A DNA stretch of 64,000 bases from Salpingoeca rosetta (lineage: Eukaryota > Protista > Choanoflagellata). Of this stretch, positions 1 to 30,630 are shown in pieces. The first letter of the stretch is position 1; each line of letters starts with the position of its first letter. Position numbers and translations under genes: made by a program. The notes under the pieces were generated by a model that made no database searches, was not told the DNA's origin, and saw only the letters and a program-made list of their open reading frames with translations. Location: the NCBI GenBank assembly GCA_033442325.1, contig JAWQFM010000003.1, forward strand, positions 62,001-126,000, given 5' to 3'.

Positions 1-508
1 AAATATCACACACACGCACACACACACACACACACTCTCTCTCTCTCCCATTCACTCACTCACTCACCTATGGTGATATGGGTGCTTGTGTAATGCGTGC
101 AGGATTGTGCCGCAGTCGATTGTGTTACCATCTTCGTTGATTGACGAGGCCAAGAAAGAGAGCAAAGAGCTTGTGCCTTTGCCCCTCCTCTCCGTGCAAC
201 GCGATGGAGAGGTGCGTAACCTTGTTATGCGCGTGAGTGTAAGCGTGTTTGTTCGTGTATGTGCATGTATGTGTGTGTGTGTGAGTGTGAGTGTGATGGA
301 GGTGCTCTGTTGTGGGGTCAACGGGACCGCCATGCTGATGAATTGCATCCGCCTCGGCTGCGTGTGCCGTGCCAGGTTGTACCGCCGACGGCAAAACCGT
401 CGTGGAGAACGCTGCTGCAGTCGCCGTTGGGCTCCTTCCTCACAGGCATCAAACCAAGGGCAACCTTCATTCAGCTCGCAGGGCACAAAGGTCCGTCATC
501 TGCTGTGA

Positions 509-7400
<6,892 letters not shown>

Positions 7401-8410
7401 CACAGCGGCAAAGCGACCTTGAGGAGGTTGCTGAGAGCGTCGTCATATGTGGCCTCTGGTGGGGCGCCAATGAGAGCAGCGCAGGCCTTCTTCTCCCACC
7501 ACGACAGGCCGGCAACCTCGAGGCACCACCGCCCGAGCAAGTGGTACGCAAGCCCGTCGTTCGTATTGAGACGGATGGCCTCCTCCACGTGCTGCTTGAA
7601 CACATGTCCGCACTGCAACTTCTCGTTCAGCGACACGTGCTCAGCCATGGCACCCGTGATCACAGCATACCTGCAGGCAACAGAGGTGGGTCATGGGTTG
7701 TGGGTTGTGTGTGAGGGGGGGTGGGTTGTGGTGTGGGTTGTGGTGTGGGTTGTGGTGTGGGTTGTGGTGTGGGTTGTGGTGTGGATGGGTGTGTGCATAC
7801 AGACGCGCCAAGGCACACGACTGAAGCGCAACACACAGAGGATAATGCACACACGCACGCATGCTTTGTTTGCCTTGTTACGATGATTGCACGTACCACT
7901 TGTGCGCCTCTGAACATGTCGGGTCCTGGTCAATGGCCCGGCGGGCAATCGGTTGTGCCTCTTGCAGCACAGTCTAGACATCAGGTATCACGGCGCGTGT
8001 GAGCGGCAGTGGCTGTGGCTTGATGGAAGCGACAGGGTGGCGACACAAGTGTCTATGCGTGCCAGTCAGGTGAGCATTCGGAATTGCAGCGAAAACGTCG
8101 CTGGAGGCTTTTGCTCACCAGTTCAGATCCTTTGGAGAACGTGGACTTGTCATACATGGACCGAGCTATCCTCCATAGCCCTGCATAGCCATGCAGCCGT
8201 GTTGTCTTGTGTATCAACGCCGGAGCAAATATTCGCAAATCGACCTACACGCCCGCGCGTCCTCATGCACGCCCTCACATGCTCACTGCCCATGCATTGC
8301 GCTCACCATCCACGGTCTGCTCGAGCTCATCCTGGTGCTGCAGCACAAGGTCCAGGGCTTTCTTCTGATTGGATGCCTCGTACTCTGCGTCGATTTGCTA
8401 TCACCGCGTC

Positions 8411-8455
<45 letters not shown>

Positions 8456-9220
8456 GTATGTGTGTGTGTATGTGTGTGTGAAAGAGATGCAACAGCGTGT
8501 GTAGGTGGACAGGTGGCGTAACAACTGTGCGTGTATCGACCAACACAAACATACACACCTTCGCTACTCATGGCAATCCAAGCATCCACAACACACGCAC
8601 ACATACACACACCCCTCGCACACAGAGCGCAGGCCCAACCTCAAATAGCGACGGCTTGGCCGCAGCTGCGCGTGTGCGCTGTTGCTGTCGCTGACTTGGC
8701 TTTTGTGATCGCGCGGTTTCCGCTTCGCCGACCATGAGCGTATCTGTTGCCTCTTGGAACTCCTCGTCCTCATCATAAAAGTCTTCTTCCTCTTCTTCCT
8801 CTTCGCCTTCGCTCAGGCCAAACGGGGTCATTGACCGTGCCCTCTGCGTCGCCATCTCCCGCTGCTGGCCCTGCTGCTTGGCGATGTTTGCATCGATGGA
8901 TTTGAGCGTCGCTGAGATGTCACGCAGCGCCGCCAGCGTGCCGGAGCTCTCCGATCGCCGAGACCACAGCCACACGCCAACACCAGTGATGCTTGCACCC
9001 GCCAGCATGCCGGCTGCAAACACCCTCCAGTCATCTGCCAGCAGGCTGTCCTTGAGCCCTGTCACCCACGCGCTCGCTCGCCCCATGATGGCCATGTGAT
9101 TGTGTTGTTGTGACAATGCTGCTGTTGTGCGTGGTTGGTGGTGTGGTTACTGAACATTTGCGGAAGATTTCACCGAATCGTCGACGCGCAAGGAAGGACA
9201 AGCAACAAGCAAGACAAAGG

Positions 9221-10198
9221 ATGTGGTGCTGGGATGTGGTGGTGTTGTTCCTGCGGCTGTTCCGGCGAAGGTTGTTGGCCATCCTCGGGCTGGGAAAGGC
9301 CAAGGCGGATGAGCCCCTGCTGCCCATGCAGGTTACTGCTGGCGCCTCCACGTCGTCTTCGGCGGGCTCTGCCTCCCACCTGCAGCGCCCGGCCGGTGGC
9401 AGCAGCGCATCGATGCCGACGACGAGTCGCATCGGCACGCTGGGCAACGAGGCGGATTCGTGGGCTGCGTCGTGGGGCGAGGACGACGCTTCCACTCCAG
9501 CACTCCAGCACTCTCAATACAACAGACATCAGCAATCACACTTTACCTCAGAACCAACAGACAATACCCCCACAACGCACACGCCAGACAAGGTAGTGAG
9601 TGTGTGTGGATGTGTGTGCTATGTGTGTTGTGTGTGTGTGTGTATGTGTGTGTGTGTGTGTTGTGTGCCTTTATGACTGGGAGGCGTCCGACTTGTCTCA
9701 TTGTCCATTTGCATTATTGGCGTTCACGTGGGGATGATCAATTCTGCGTGTCGTTTGTGCTGTCTCTGCTTACGCCACGTGCGTGTGCACGATCCCTGGC
9801 CCTTGTTCCTTGCCTTCGCTTGACTTTATTGGCCTCAGGCGCAACAAATGCTGCAACGAATCGAACAGCGAAAGATTGACAACCTGTTCGCGGAGATGGA
9901 ACCAGAGCACACAACTGCGCCCACGGTACTGCAGTCGCACGCACTTGCACGAGTGCGCTTGCACAACACGATGTGGGCACAGTTGCGGCGGCGGATTGCC
10001 ACGAAGTACCATTCTCTGATCGTCGTGGCATGCATTGGCTGTGCACTTGCTCTCGTTTGGCATCACACTGCACACCTGCTTTGCTTGTGATTGCGTGACT
10101 GCAGGTTGACTTGACGGAGACGCTGGGAGATGCGAGTGGTGATGCAGATCAGCCCTCGCAGCGCCTCGCCATGGACGACGCCTTTGGCAAGGTGGTGG

Positions 10199-10255
<57 letters not shown>

Positions 10256-10846
10256 CACGCACACGCACATGCACGCACACACACACACACACATACATGC
10301 GTGTGTTGATACTGTGATTGCACGTGTGCCCACAATGGCCATGTGTGCGTTGCAGGGAGATCTGGTGGACTGGGACGAAGGGGGTGACTCCGATGGGTGG
10401 GAGGATCCCAGTGACGACATCGACTTGAAGGACGTGCAGGCCACGCTTCGGGCGCAGAAGCAGCGCGAGCGGCAGCGGGTGCGACTGCTGTGACTGTGTG
10501 CCTGTAAACCGTTGTGTCTGTGCGCCTGTAAACCGTTGTGTCTGCCCACCTGTTTTGTGTCTGTCTGTGTGCGCATGCATCATGCCTCTTGCGATGTAAC
10601 TAACGTCTGCACCCACTAATACACACACATACACGTCCACACACACACGCCCACACACACACACACACATACACGTCCACACACACGCCCCCCCCCCCAC
10701 ACACACACACACACATACATCTACATATGTTGCACGCGTCATTGTGGGGACAACAGCGACGGCAGGAACGGGAGGAGCGGCTGCGAAAGAAGAAGCAGGA
10801 CAGCGGCAAGCACAAGTCCCTTGCAACTCGGACACACACTACGTGA
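9221..10846 (+). CDS. EBAG9: EBAG9/RCAS1-like protein
   Basis: N-terminal hydrophobic segment, WAASWGEDD, IDNLFAEMEP (cf. DYFKDMTP), GDLVDWDEGGDSDGWED and a C-terminal R/E/Q coiled coil, in EBAG9 order. About five GT-AG exons. Confidence 0.7.
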
Positions 10847-11096
10847 TGTGCTTCAGCGTGCAGCTGCTGTTTCGCGTGATCGATGGCTGCCACTGTTGTG
10901 AGTTGTGATGTGCACACAGCAGCTCGATGTTGTGTGGCCGATGGACGTTTGAAACAAGACATGCTTTGTAATTGTTATGTACATGGCTGTGCTCGCACGA
11001 TGAAGCAAGTCAACTACAACAATCCTGTAACCGATGAAGGGAGGAAGGGAAGGAGGGGGAATGAAAGCAGAAGAAGCATGGGCAACACCAACAGCA

Positions 11097-11182
<86 letters not shown>

Positions 11183-11196
11183 GACAGAGAGAGTGA

Positions 11197-12514
11197 TCAT
11201 GAGAGAGTGACACTGAGGAAGATGACGAGCGCCGCCACGGCTGCGAATCCGCTCAGCAGCACGACCCAGTGCTTCAACGTCAGGCGATCTGTCCAGGTTG
11301 ACCTATCACGCGTACGCTGCGTCTTGAGTAGCGGCGCGGTGTCCACGCCAGCAGCACCGCCGCCACCGCTGCGCTTCCCTCGCCGCCGTACACCGTCCTC
11401 GTCGACATCGCGGACGGGGATGGCGTCGAAGCGGTCTGGATCGGAGCTGACAGGGTCCACGCCGAGCGAGAGAAGCTCCAGGTACCGTCGCTCGCAGTAC
11501 CGCCGGTTGGACTCTGTAATCTCTGGCGGTGGTCCGTGATCGAGCTTGCGCAGACAGCGAAGCAGGGCTTCATCGCTGAGGATCTGGATGAAGACGGGCA
11601 CCTCGCCTTCCCCCATGTACTCACTGTGTTCATCATCCTGTTGTGTGTGTGTGTGTGTGTTTATGTGTGTGTGTGTATGGACATGTGTTGTGTGTGCGTG
11701 TATGTATGTGTGTGTGAGGGAGAGGGAGAGGCGAAGGCGGGAGCACACGCCAGTGTGTGACAGGATTGCAAGGCGGCACAGGCTCACGCCATGTATTGCA
11801 TGCAAGGCGTAGTCGCGCCTCGTTGGTGCTGGTGATAAAGTCGCGGAGCATGAGCGGATCATCCTGCATGGGCTTGATGTTCTCGTTGTACAGCCTGACC
11901 AGCTTCTGCATGTGGCACGCCTCGTGAGTGAGCACCTGTCTTGACACACACACTCACACACTCACTCACACTCACACTCACACTCACACTCACACTCACA
12001 CTCACACTCACACTCACACTCACACTCACACACACACACACACACGCACGCACACACACACACACGCACGCACACACACACACACACACACGCGCACGCA
12101 CACACACTCACACTCACACTCACACACACACACTCACACTCACACTCACACACACACGCACACACACACTCACTCACACTCACACACACGCTCACACTCA
12201 CACACACGCTCACACTCACACTCACACTCACACACACACACACAGGACAGCTCACTTGTTTGGTCGCGTTGGCTGGATACTGTGTTCGATTAGGCAGTGT
12301 GGACAGTTGTAGTGAACGTGAGGGTAGGTGCATGCATCGCGAATGCAAGGGCGAGGGTGCATCATCTCAATACACATACACACATACACACACACACAAC
12401 ACACACTCACTCACACACACGTACACCTACCTTGATCCCAAAGTGGTCGAGGCACTCCCGCAGCCTGTCTGGCGCGTAGCGGGCTGGGTTTGGCAGGAGA
12501 TAGTCCATGTCCAT
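11197..12514 (-). CDS. LEM-like(HeH) + LEM domain, C-terminally anchored protein (LAP2/thymopoietin-like)
   Basis: Exons 12431-12514, 12256-12279, ~11819-11905 and 11197-11637. They give [46 protein letters not shown] (HeH/LEM-like), [40 protein letters not shown] (LEM) and a terminal TM helix [20 protein letters not shown]. Confidence 0.72.
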
Positions 12515-12772
12515 GGCGGCTGCGTTGTGTCGTTCAGTGATGGCTGTGTTGTGGCTGTGTTGTGGCTGTGTTGTGGCTGTGATTTGTGTGTGTGCAAACT
12601 GTTCCACCAATTCCTGTCCTTCCGACAACTCCAACTCACCCTTCTTCTTCGTGTCATTCGTTGACTCATCAATCAAACGCATTCATTATGATACAGCGTC
12701 AGCAAAGGTCACTCAAGTCAAGTCAAGTCAAGTCAAGGCATACATACGCACACGCGCTGGGCCACAAGCAAG

Positions 12773-14266
12773 TCAGAGCAGCCAGTCGCTTGGGATGGGC
12801 TTGTCGGAGTCGTCAATCTCATCATCAGCACCATCGCCACTGTTGCGAGTGCGCGGGCCTGCCTGCACGGGTGGTGCTTGTGGAAACGCGTTCTGTGCAA
12901 AAGAGGTGCCTGGCGTGTGGAGCTGCGACAAGATGGCCTGGAACGAGGGCCGGTGGGCCATGGCGTCGTCTGTCGTCGTCGCCATTGGCGCGGCAAAGCT
13001 GGTGCCGAGATCCATCATCATATCCAGGTCCTGCTGCTGCGGCAGTGGCGCCAGCTTGCCTGCATCTTCACCAAGCGCCATCGTCAGCCCCAGGTGCGAC
13101 ATGGAATGGCTCAGGTCCGCTTCGTTGATGCTCGGAGACCCGTGCGTGACTGCGCTGTCGTGGCCGCCGGGCGCACACATGTGCGGCGCTGCGGCTGTCA
13201 GGGCATCAAGCGAGGTGGTGGCATCAGAGGTGGTGTCGCGGAGTGCTGCCAGGGCAGATGGCGTCAGGCGGCGCAGCTGTGGATTTGGAGGGGGGAAGGG
13301 GAGAGACAACACGACAAGGTAGCAGGATGAGATAACATGGCATGGAATTCACAACAGCGGTACACCCACAAAGGCACACCAGAGCTAGTCATTTTGTCCC
13401 CAAAGCTTGCACACAGAGACAACACACAACACAACACACAACACAACACACAACACAACACACAACACAACACACAATCCAACGCGGCAACAAACCTTTT
13501 GCGCAGCTGGCTTCATGGGGTATGGAGCGTTGCGGCGTGGCGGGTGCGGCGGTGCAGCCGAGGTCACGTGATGTGGCGACCCCGCTGATGTGAACGATGA
13601 GGAGGGCGACGAAAGCGTTGCAGACACCGTCCTGTGCTCCAGCTGCTGCTGCTGTTGATGCTGCTGGTGTTTGCTGCTCCTGCTTCCACTCTTTCTTCGG
13701 GATGCTGCAACAGCAGTGGCAGCAGCAGCTTGTGCCTTCTTTCCTTTTGCCCCCTTTCCCTTTCCTCTGCCTTTCGCCTTGCTGCTGCGCCGCGAGTGCG
13801 AGGGCGTGCTCTTCTCCCTCGCATATGGGCTGTTGCTGCTGGCGGTGCTGTGCCCGCCATCGCTGTCGCTCGCATGTGCTGCAGACTCTGCGTCTGTCGT
13901 CGGCTCCGGCACCGACCGCCGCCGCTTGAACTTACGGCGGCGCCGCGTCTTCATCTGCTCAAAGTCAACAAAGTCTGGGCGCAGCATCCAGTATCCGCCC
14001 TTGCCGCGCTCCGTGCCATCGCGGTCAACCTTGAGGAAGCACTTCTCCTGGCTCAGGTTGTGGCGGATGGAGTTCTGGTGTGCAAACAGCGATAGTGTGT
14101 GAGGTTGTGTGTGGTAGGGCGGAGGCGAGCAAGCAAAGGGTGGCTTGACACATGACATCATGGGAGTGCTCACAGTGCGTGTGCGTGTGTGTGTGTGTGT
14201 GTGTCTGTGTGTGTGTCTGTGTGTGTGTGCAATACACAAGAAGCAACACACACGGAGAAATCACAC

Positions 14267-14336
<70 letters not shown>

Positions 14337-15020
14337 CGCACGCATATCACATACACACACCTTCCAGCCGCAACGAGCGTGGCGGTAGTAGGCAAAGTTG
14401 TCGAGGATGTAGTCGTAAATCTCGGCTAGCGAGAGCTTGTCCTTGTCGCTCTCACGCAGTGCCATGAAGATGAGCGTGGCATAGGCGAATGGCGGCTTCT
14501 TGTGTGGGTTGCTGGCCCAGTCAAAGGAAAGAATGTCCTCTGGTGTGCCAGAGCGCGAGTTTTCCTTCTCCTGCTTGAACTCTGGGCCAAACACGTCGTC
14601 ATAGTCATCGTCATCGTCGTCGTCTTCGTCGTCACGACCATGGCCATGACCGCCACGGGCACTCGTCGCCTTTGTTTTGGCGCATCCGGTGCGCTGCTTT
14701 CGGCTGCTCCTGCAATAGTAGTCGCTGCTGTTGTAGTAGTTTGCTTGGGCGTCGTGTGAGGCATAGGTGATCTGGGGTGCCTGGTATTTCGTGCCGGATG
14801 GGCTCTGGCGACAGGTGAGCGGGTTGGTGAGCCAGGTCAGGCTGGCCAAACTGCTGGACAGGCTGCTGGACAAGCTGTTGGACAGACTGTTGCAACGCGA
14901 GGACGTGCGCAGTGCATTGCATCGCACATTGGAGGCGCTGGTGCTCCCGTTGCGTTGGCGATGCTGCTGCGCTTGCTGTGACGCTGACACGCGTGGGCCA
15001 GGGATCGGAGAAGGAGACAT
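12773..15020 (-). CDS. FOXJ1: Forkhead transcription factor, FoxJ1 class
   Basis: [22 protein letters not shown]...[20 protein letters not shown] / [29 protein letters not shown], plus an upstream SLTWL motif typical of FoxJ1. Three coding exons. Confidence 0.88.
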
Positions 15021-15332
15021 GGCGAGCTGTGGAGATGCGCTTTGTGAAGGCTAGCTTTGCTTTGCGTTGTTGTTGTTGTTGTTAGTGGTGGTGGTGGTGG
15101 TGCGGATTTGGCTTACACGTCGCAAGGCCTCTGAGTGTCCAATGAAAATGAAAATGTCGCATGGGGGCGAGCGAGCATTGTCTCATCTCATCTCTCACTC
15201 ATCGTGGCTGTGTTTGTGTTTGTTTGTGTTGTTGCTGTGGCTGGTGCTGTTTGCCTTTGTTTGTGTGGGAATTTCTGCTGACTCAGCACATTTCAGGTGG
15301 ATAACGGCAAGCAGGGAAGACGAAGGACGGCG

Positions 15333-20219
<4,887 letters not shown>

Positions 20220-20682
20220 CGGCGACGGCGGTGGTGGTGGTAGTGGTGGTCGTGGTGGTCGTGGTGGTGGTGGATCCCACGTGGCTTGTTGGTTCTGCTG
20301 AGTCTGTTTGAATGCGTGTACATGAGCAGGAGCTTTGACTTAGACTTTTGTTGCTGTTGTACCAGATATTCATTTCACTGCACCCACACTACAACACCTC
20401 CCTCCATACACAGTCGAGACAGCGAGAAAGCACAAAGAAGAAAAAGAAGAAAGAAAAAAAAGAGAGAGAGCAAGAACAAGCAAGCCATTGGTTACGCACA
20501 ATCCCTCACACAACCCAAGCAAACAGAGAGCAGGTCAACAGCAAGCAACAACAACGGCATGAACAGCAACACTACGTCTGAGGCAGAAGACAAGACAAGG
20601 CCACATTGTCGTGGCATCAGAGATGAGCACGTTGCTTGCGGTACGAAGGCGCCACGTGATGACAGCCAATGGAACTGCCGTC

Positions 20683-27111
<6,429 letters not shown>

Positions 27112-27677
27112 TCTGTTGTTTGTTGAAGAGTCCTTGTGCTCTTGCGTGCTTGTCTCACTCCTGATGCTTCTCAGTGGCGTCCACAACGACGGCAGCAGCA
27201 GCAGCGATGGCGGCTTGATGTAACAGGAGGCAGCGCGATGGCAGTGGCTGAGGAGGCAAGCACGAGGCAGCATGTGGCCACAACAGCGGTCAGCGACAGC
27301 ATGAAAATTTGTGGTTGGCTAGCTGCCGACCGACCGACCGAGCTTTCTTCCTCCCTTCCCACTCCGCTTGCTTCTTCTTCTCTCACTCACTCTCTCTCTC
27401 TCTTCTGGCTGAACTTGCACACCAAGACCTGTCCTTTAATCGTTTCAGCAGAGCTTTAGTTGACAAGCTCTCAGGCTGTTAGGCTGTCTCCTCTTGTTGC
27501 TTACCGTCGGACGATCCCACTGAGCAGAGCCAATCCAACAACAACCACGTCTCCTTATTCCAGCTAATCGACGCGTCAGAAAAAGAGAAACATACCACTG
27601 TACGCCGAGGATACAGAGTGCACACACACACACACTCACAGTGCACACACGCATCTGCCGGAGGGGCCTGCCTGAGG

Positions 27678-27717
27678 TCATGAAAGCATGCAAGCAAGCC
27701 AGAGACTGGCGAGGTCC

Positions 27718-27813
<96 letters not shown>

Positions 27814-30180
27814 TTACTGCTGCTGTTGCTGCTGCTGTTGTTGTTGTGCGCCCCCACCGTCACCTCATCTTGTTGCTGCTGTTGTTGTAGTTTCCTGTGC
27901 ATGGGGGCACTCGCTGCGGTCGCCGCTGCGGTTGCCGCCACGGCCTCCTTTGCTTCCTTCACGCAGGTGGCGTCTCGGCTCTCTTTCACCAGCCACACGT
28001 GAAAGCCCCGCAGCTCCTGCACTTTCACCTGCATCTCCGTGCCCTTGTTGTGTGTCAGACAATGGGCCAGCCGCTGCCTCTCATGCTCGCCGCTGCTGTT
28101 GGGGCGGCCGCGAGCTGGCGTGTTTGCACTGCACTTGCGCGCGTACGGGCTGTTGCCCAGCAGGCCAACGCGCACGGCATGCTCGCCGCCCTCTTCATTC
28201 GGGGTCTGGGTGCGCGCGACCAGGATGGCGGTGTCGGTCGACGCGTCGTAGCAGAGTTTGCGGGCACAGCGCTTCTGCTCGCGTGCGGCAACAGCGCCGG
28301 TCAGCTCAACACCCATCGTCCTGCCTCGCAGGGGTGCGGCCGGGCGGACACCCAGGCGTCTGAGGACCTTGTTCCCGGTTGAAGTGACCGAGGACGGCAT
28401 GCGCGTGCCTGCAAGCAAGGCCAGGGCCATGTTGATCAGCACTTGGTCGTCCGGTGAGTGGTACTCCAGCAGCCCGATCGCAACATCCATGACCTGTTGG
28501 CGGTGAAGAAGGTGTGAGAGAAAGTCAATACGAAAGCAGGGAAGAACAACAACAACAACAACAACAACACACACACACACACACTCACACTCACACTCAC
28601 ACACACACACACATACACAAGCAAGCGCACACACTCACACACTCACGCACGCACAAGTATACACTCACACGCACGCACACACACACACACACACATACCA
28701 GTCTCGTTGCAGAGGTTGCGCGATAATAGATGAGTCCACCACATAGCACGGCACCCCAACGGTTGGACACGGTCTTGGGATAGCTGCATAGACCATGGCA
28801 ACAAAAATAGAGGGAGGGAGTGTGTGTATGCGTGTGTAAGTGCGAGCATGCATGCAATCCCACACCACGCACCACACACCACACAGGTCATATGCACTTT
28901 GCTCTGCTTGCTACCTGCCACGCTGTCCGAGGAGATCGAGCGAATGGGTCTTGACGGTGGTGATGAGCTCGGGTAGCGGATTCGAGAACCAGGTCACGTC
29001 TGCATCATGCATGAGCACGTCGTACCCTTGCGCAAGGCAGTCCCGGATCAAGTACAGCCGCGCTTGCCACAGCTGGGAAGGAGATGCAAGCAATGTCAAG
29101 CAGCAATGTCAAGCAGCAATGTCAAGCAGCAATGTCAACACAAGCCTTCGTGAGTGCAAGAGCGGTGGCGAAGACGGCAAAGCAGCGCTATTCACCACCC
29201 AAGCAAACACAGGCAAGCAGCACGCAAGAAGTGAGGAAGCAATTGCACCCCCGTGAAGAAGGAATTGCACCCCGTATGCTCCACAAACTCAAGCAGGTTG
29301 AAAAGCTAGAGACAGGCCACTCTCAACACTGTGATGAAACACCGAATACCAACGCCTACATACATGCAAACACTCGTACACACACACATACACACACACA
29401 GGAGAAATACACATGACCTATCACTATCTGTCGATCTGTCCATCTCTCTCACTGACAAGATGTGTCAGAACTCACATATCGGCGCTTTGTCATGTTGAGG
29501 TTAAAGGGGACGCAACGAAGGCCTCGGTCCACACACCAGTCCAACACCTCGTCGTCCAGGCACAGCACGACAACATGGGCCAGGGCATGTGGGTGCCGGT
29601 GAGGGTGTGCGCTCGCACTTGCGCCTGCACTCGCAGAGTCCAGCTCTTGCCTCGATGCCGCCGCGCCGTCGCCGTCACTCTTTGTGCCTCTCGCCCATCT
29701 GCCTTGATCTCGTGCCTGCTGCCCAAATGACTCAGCCCAGCGTGCATCCCCGCCGGTATCCTTGCTGTTGCCGTCATCGCATGCCTCGGGCGCCCAATGC
29801 GTGCTGTTGATCTTGCAGGTGAACTTGCCTGCACGGTCAGCCTTCACCATGGATGCCAGCCAATTTGACAGCAAGTGCCGGAACGGGTAGTTGACCCCGG
29901 TGATGATGATTGGCATTGCCGGCCCATCGTCGTAATTGCTGCTGCTGTGACCGCTGTGGCCGTTTGTTGGAACAGGGCATGAGACACGGTGCACGTCAAC
30001 GAACCCTTCGTCCGGCTGCGGTTGTGCGACGCTTTCTCTTTGGAGCACATTTGCAGTTGCGACAACCCCAATGCCACTCCATCCACAAGGTATTGACGCT
30101 ATCACCAACACCACCACCGGCAACGACACCGCCCAACTCCCAACACCATGCCTCACCGCCGCAACCATCGCAGCCACCAT
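27678..30180 (-). CDS. Nucleotide-diphospho-sugar transferase (GT77-like) type II membrane glycosyltransferase
   Basis: N-terminal hydrophobic anchor, GVNYPFRHLLSNWLASM, VVVLCLDDEVLDWC, LWQARLYLIRDCLAQGYDVLMHDADVTWFSNP (DxD motif), LCGGLIYYRAT and DDQVLINMAL. The C-terminus is low-complexity and its end is uncertain. Confidence 0.82.
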
Positions 30181-30630
30181 GAACGAATGAATGCATGTAC
30201 CGGCGAATGTGCTTCGTGTGAACGGTTGTATGAATGCACGCTTCCTTCAGCGCTTCTTGCTTCTTGCTTGCTAGCATTTGACGGTGTCCTGTCTGTGTTT
30301 GCTGTGCTTATTGTTTGGAGAGATTGCCCACACACAAACAGTTTTCGCCACAAACACCCCTTCTTGTTGTTGTTGCTTGTTTTTGATCGCTGTGGTGGCA
30401 TTCACACACCATTCTGCTGCAGCTCGGCAGTCACAGCATCGAGCCAACACCCACGGCAACACATCACACATCACACACACACACACAGCACATACCACAC
30501 AACACACAACACACATCACACACACAGCACACACAACAACACACACAGCACACACAACAACACACACAGCAACTCAAGCAAACCCAAAAGCAAACCCAAG
30601 CAAGACAGCACCTCCACCACCACACAGGAC

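Noticed and set aside
29086-29275. 14-bp tandem repeat and AATTGCACCCC duplication in a GT77 intron
   Set aside because: They look like ordinary local slippage duplications with no element hallmarks.
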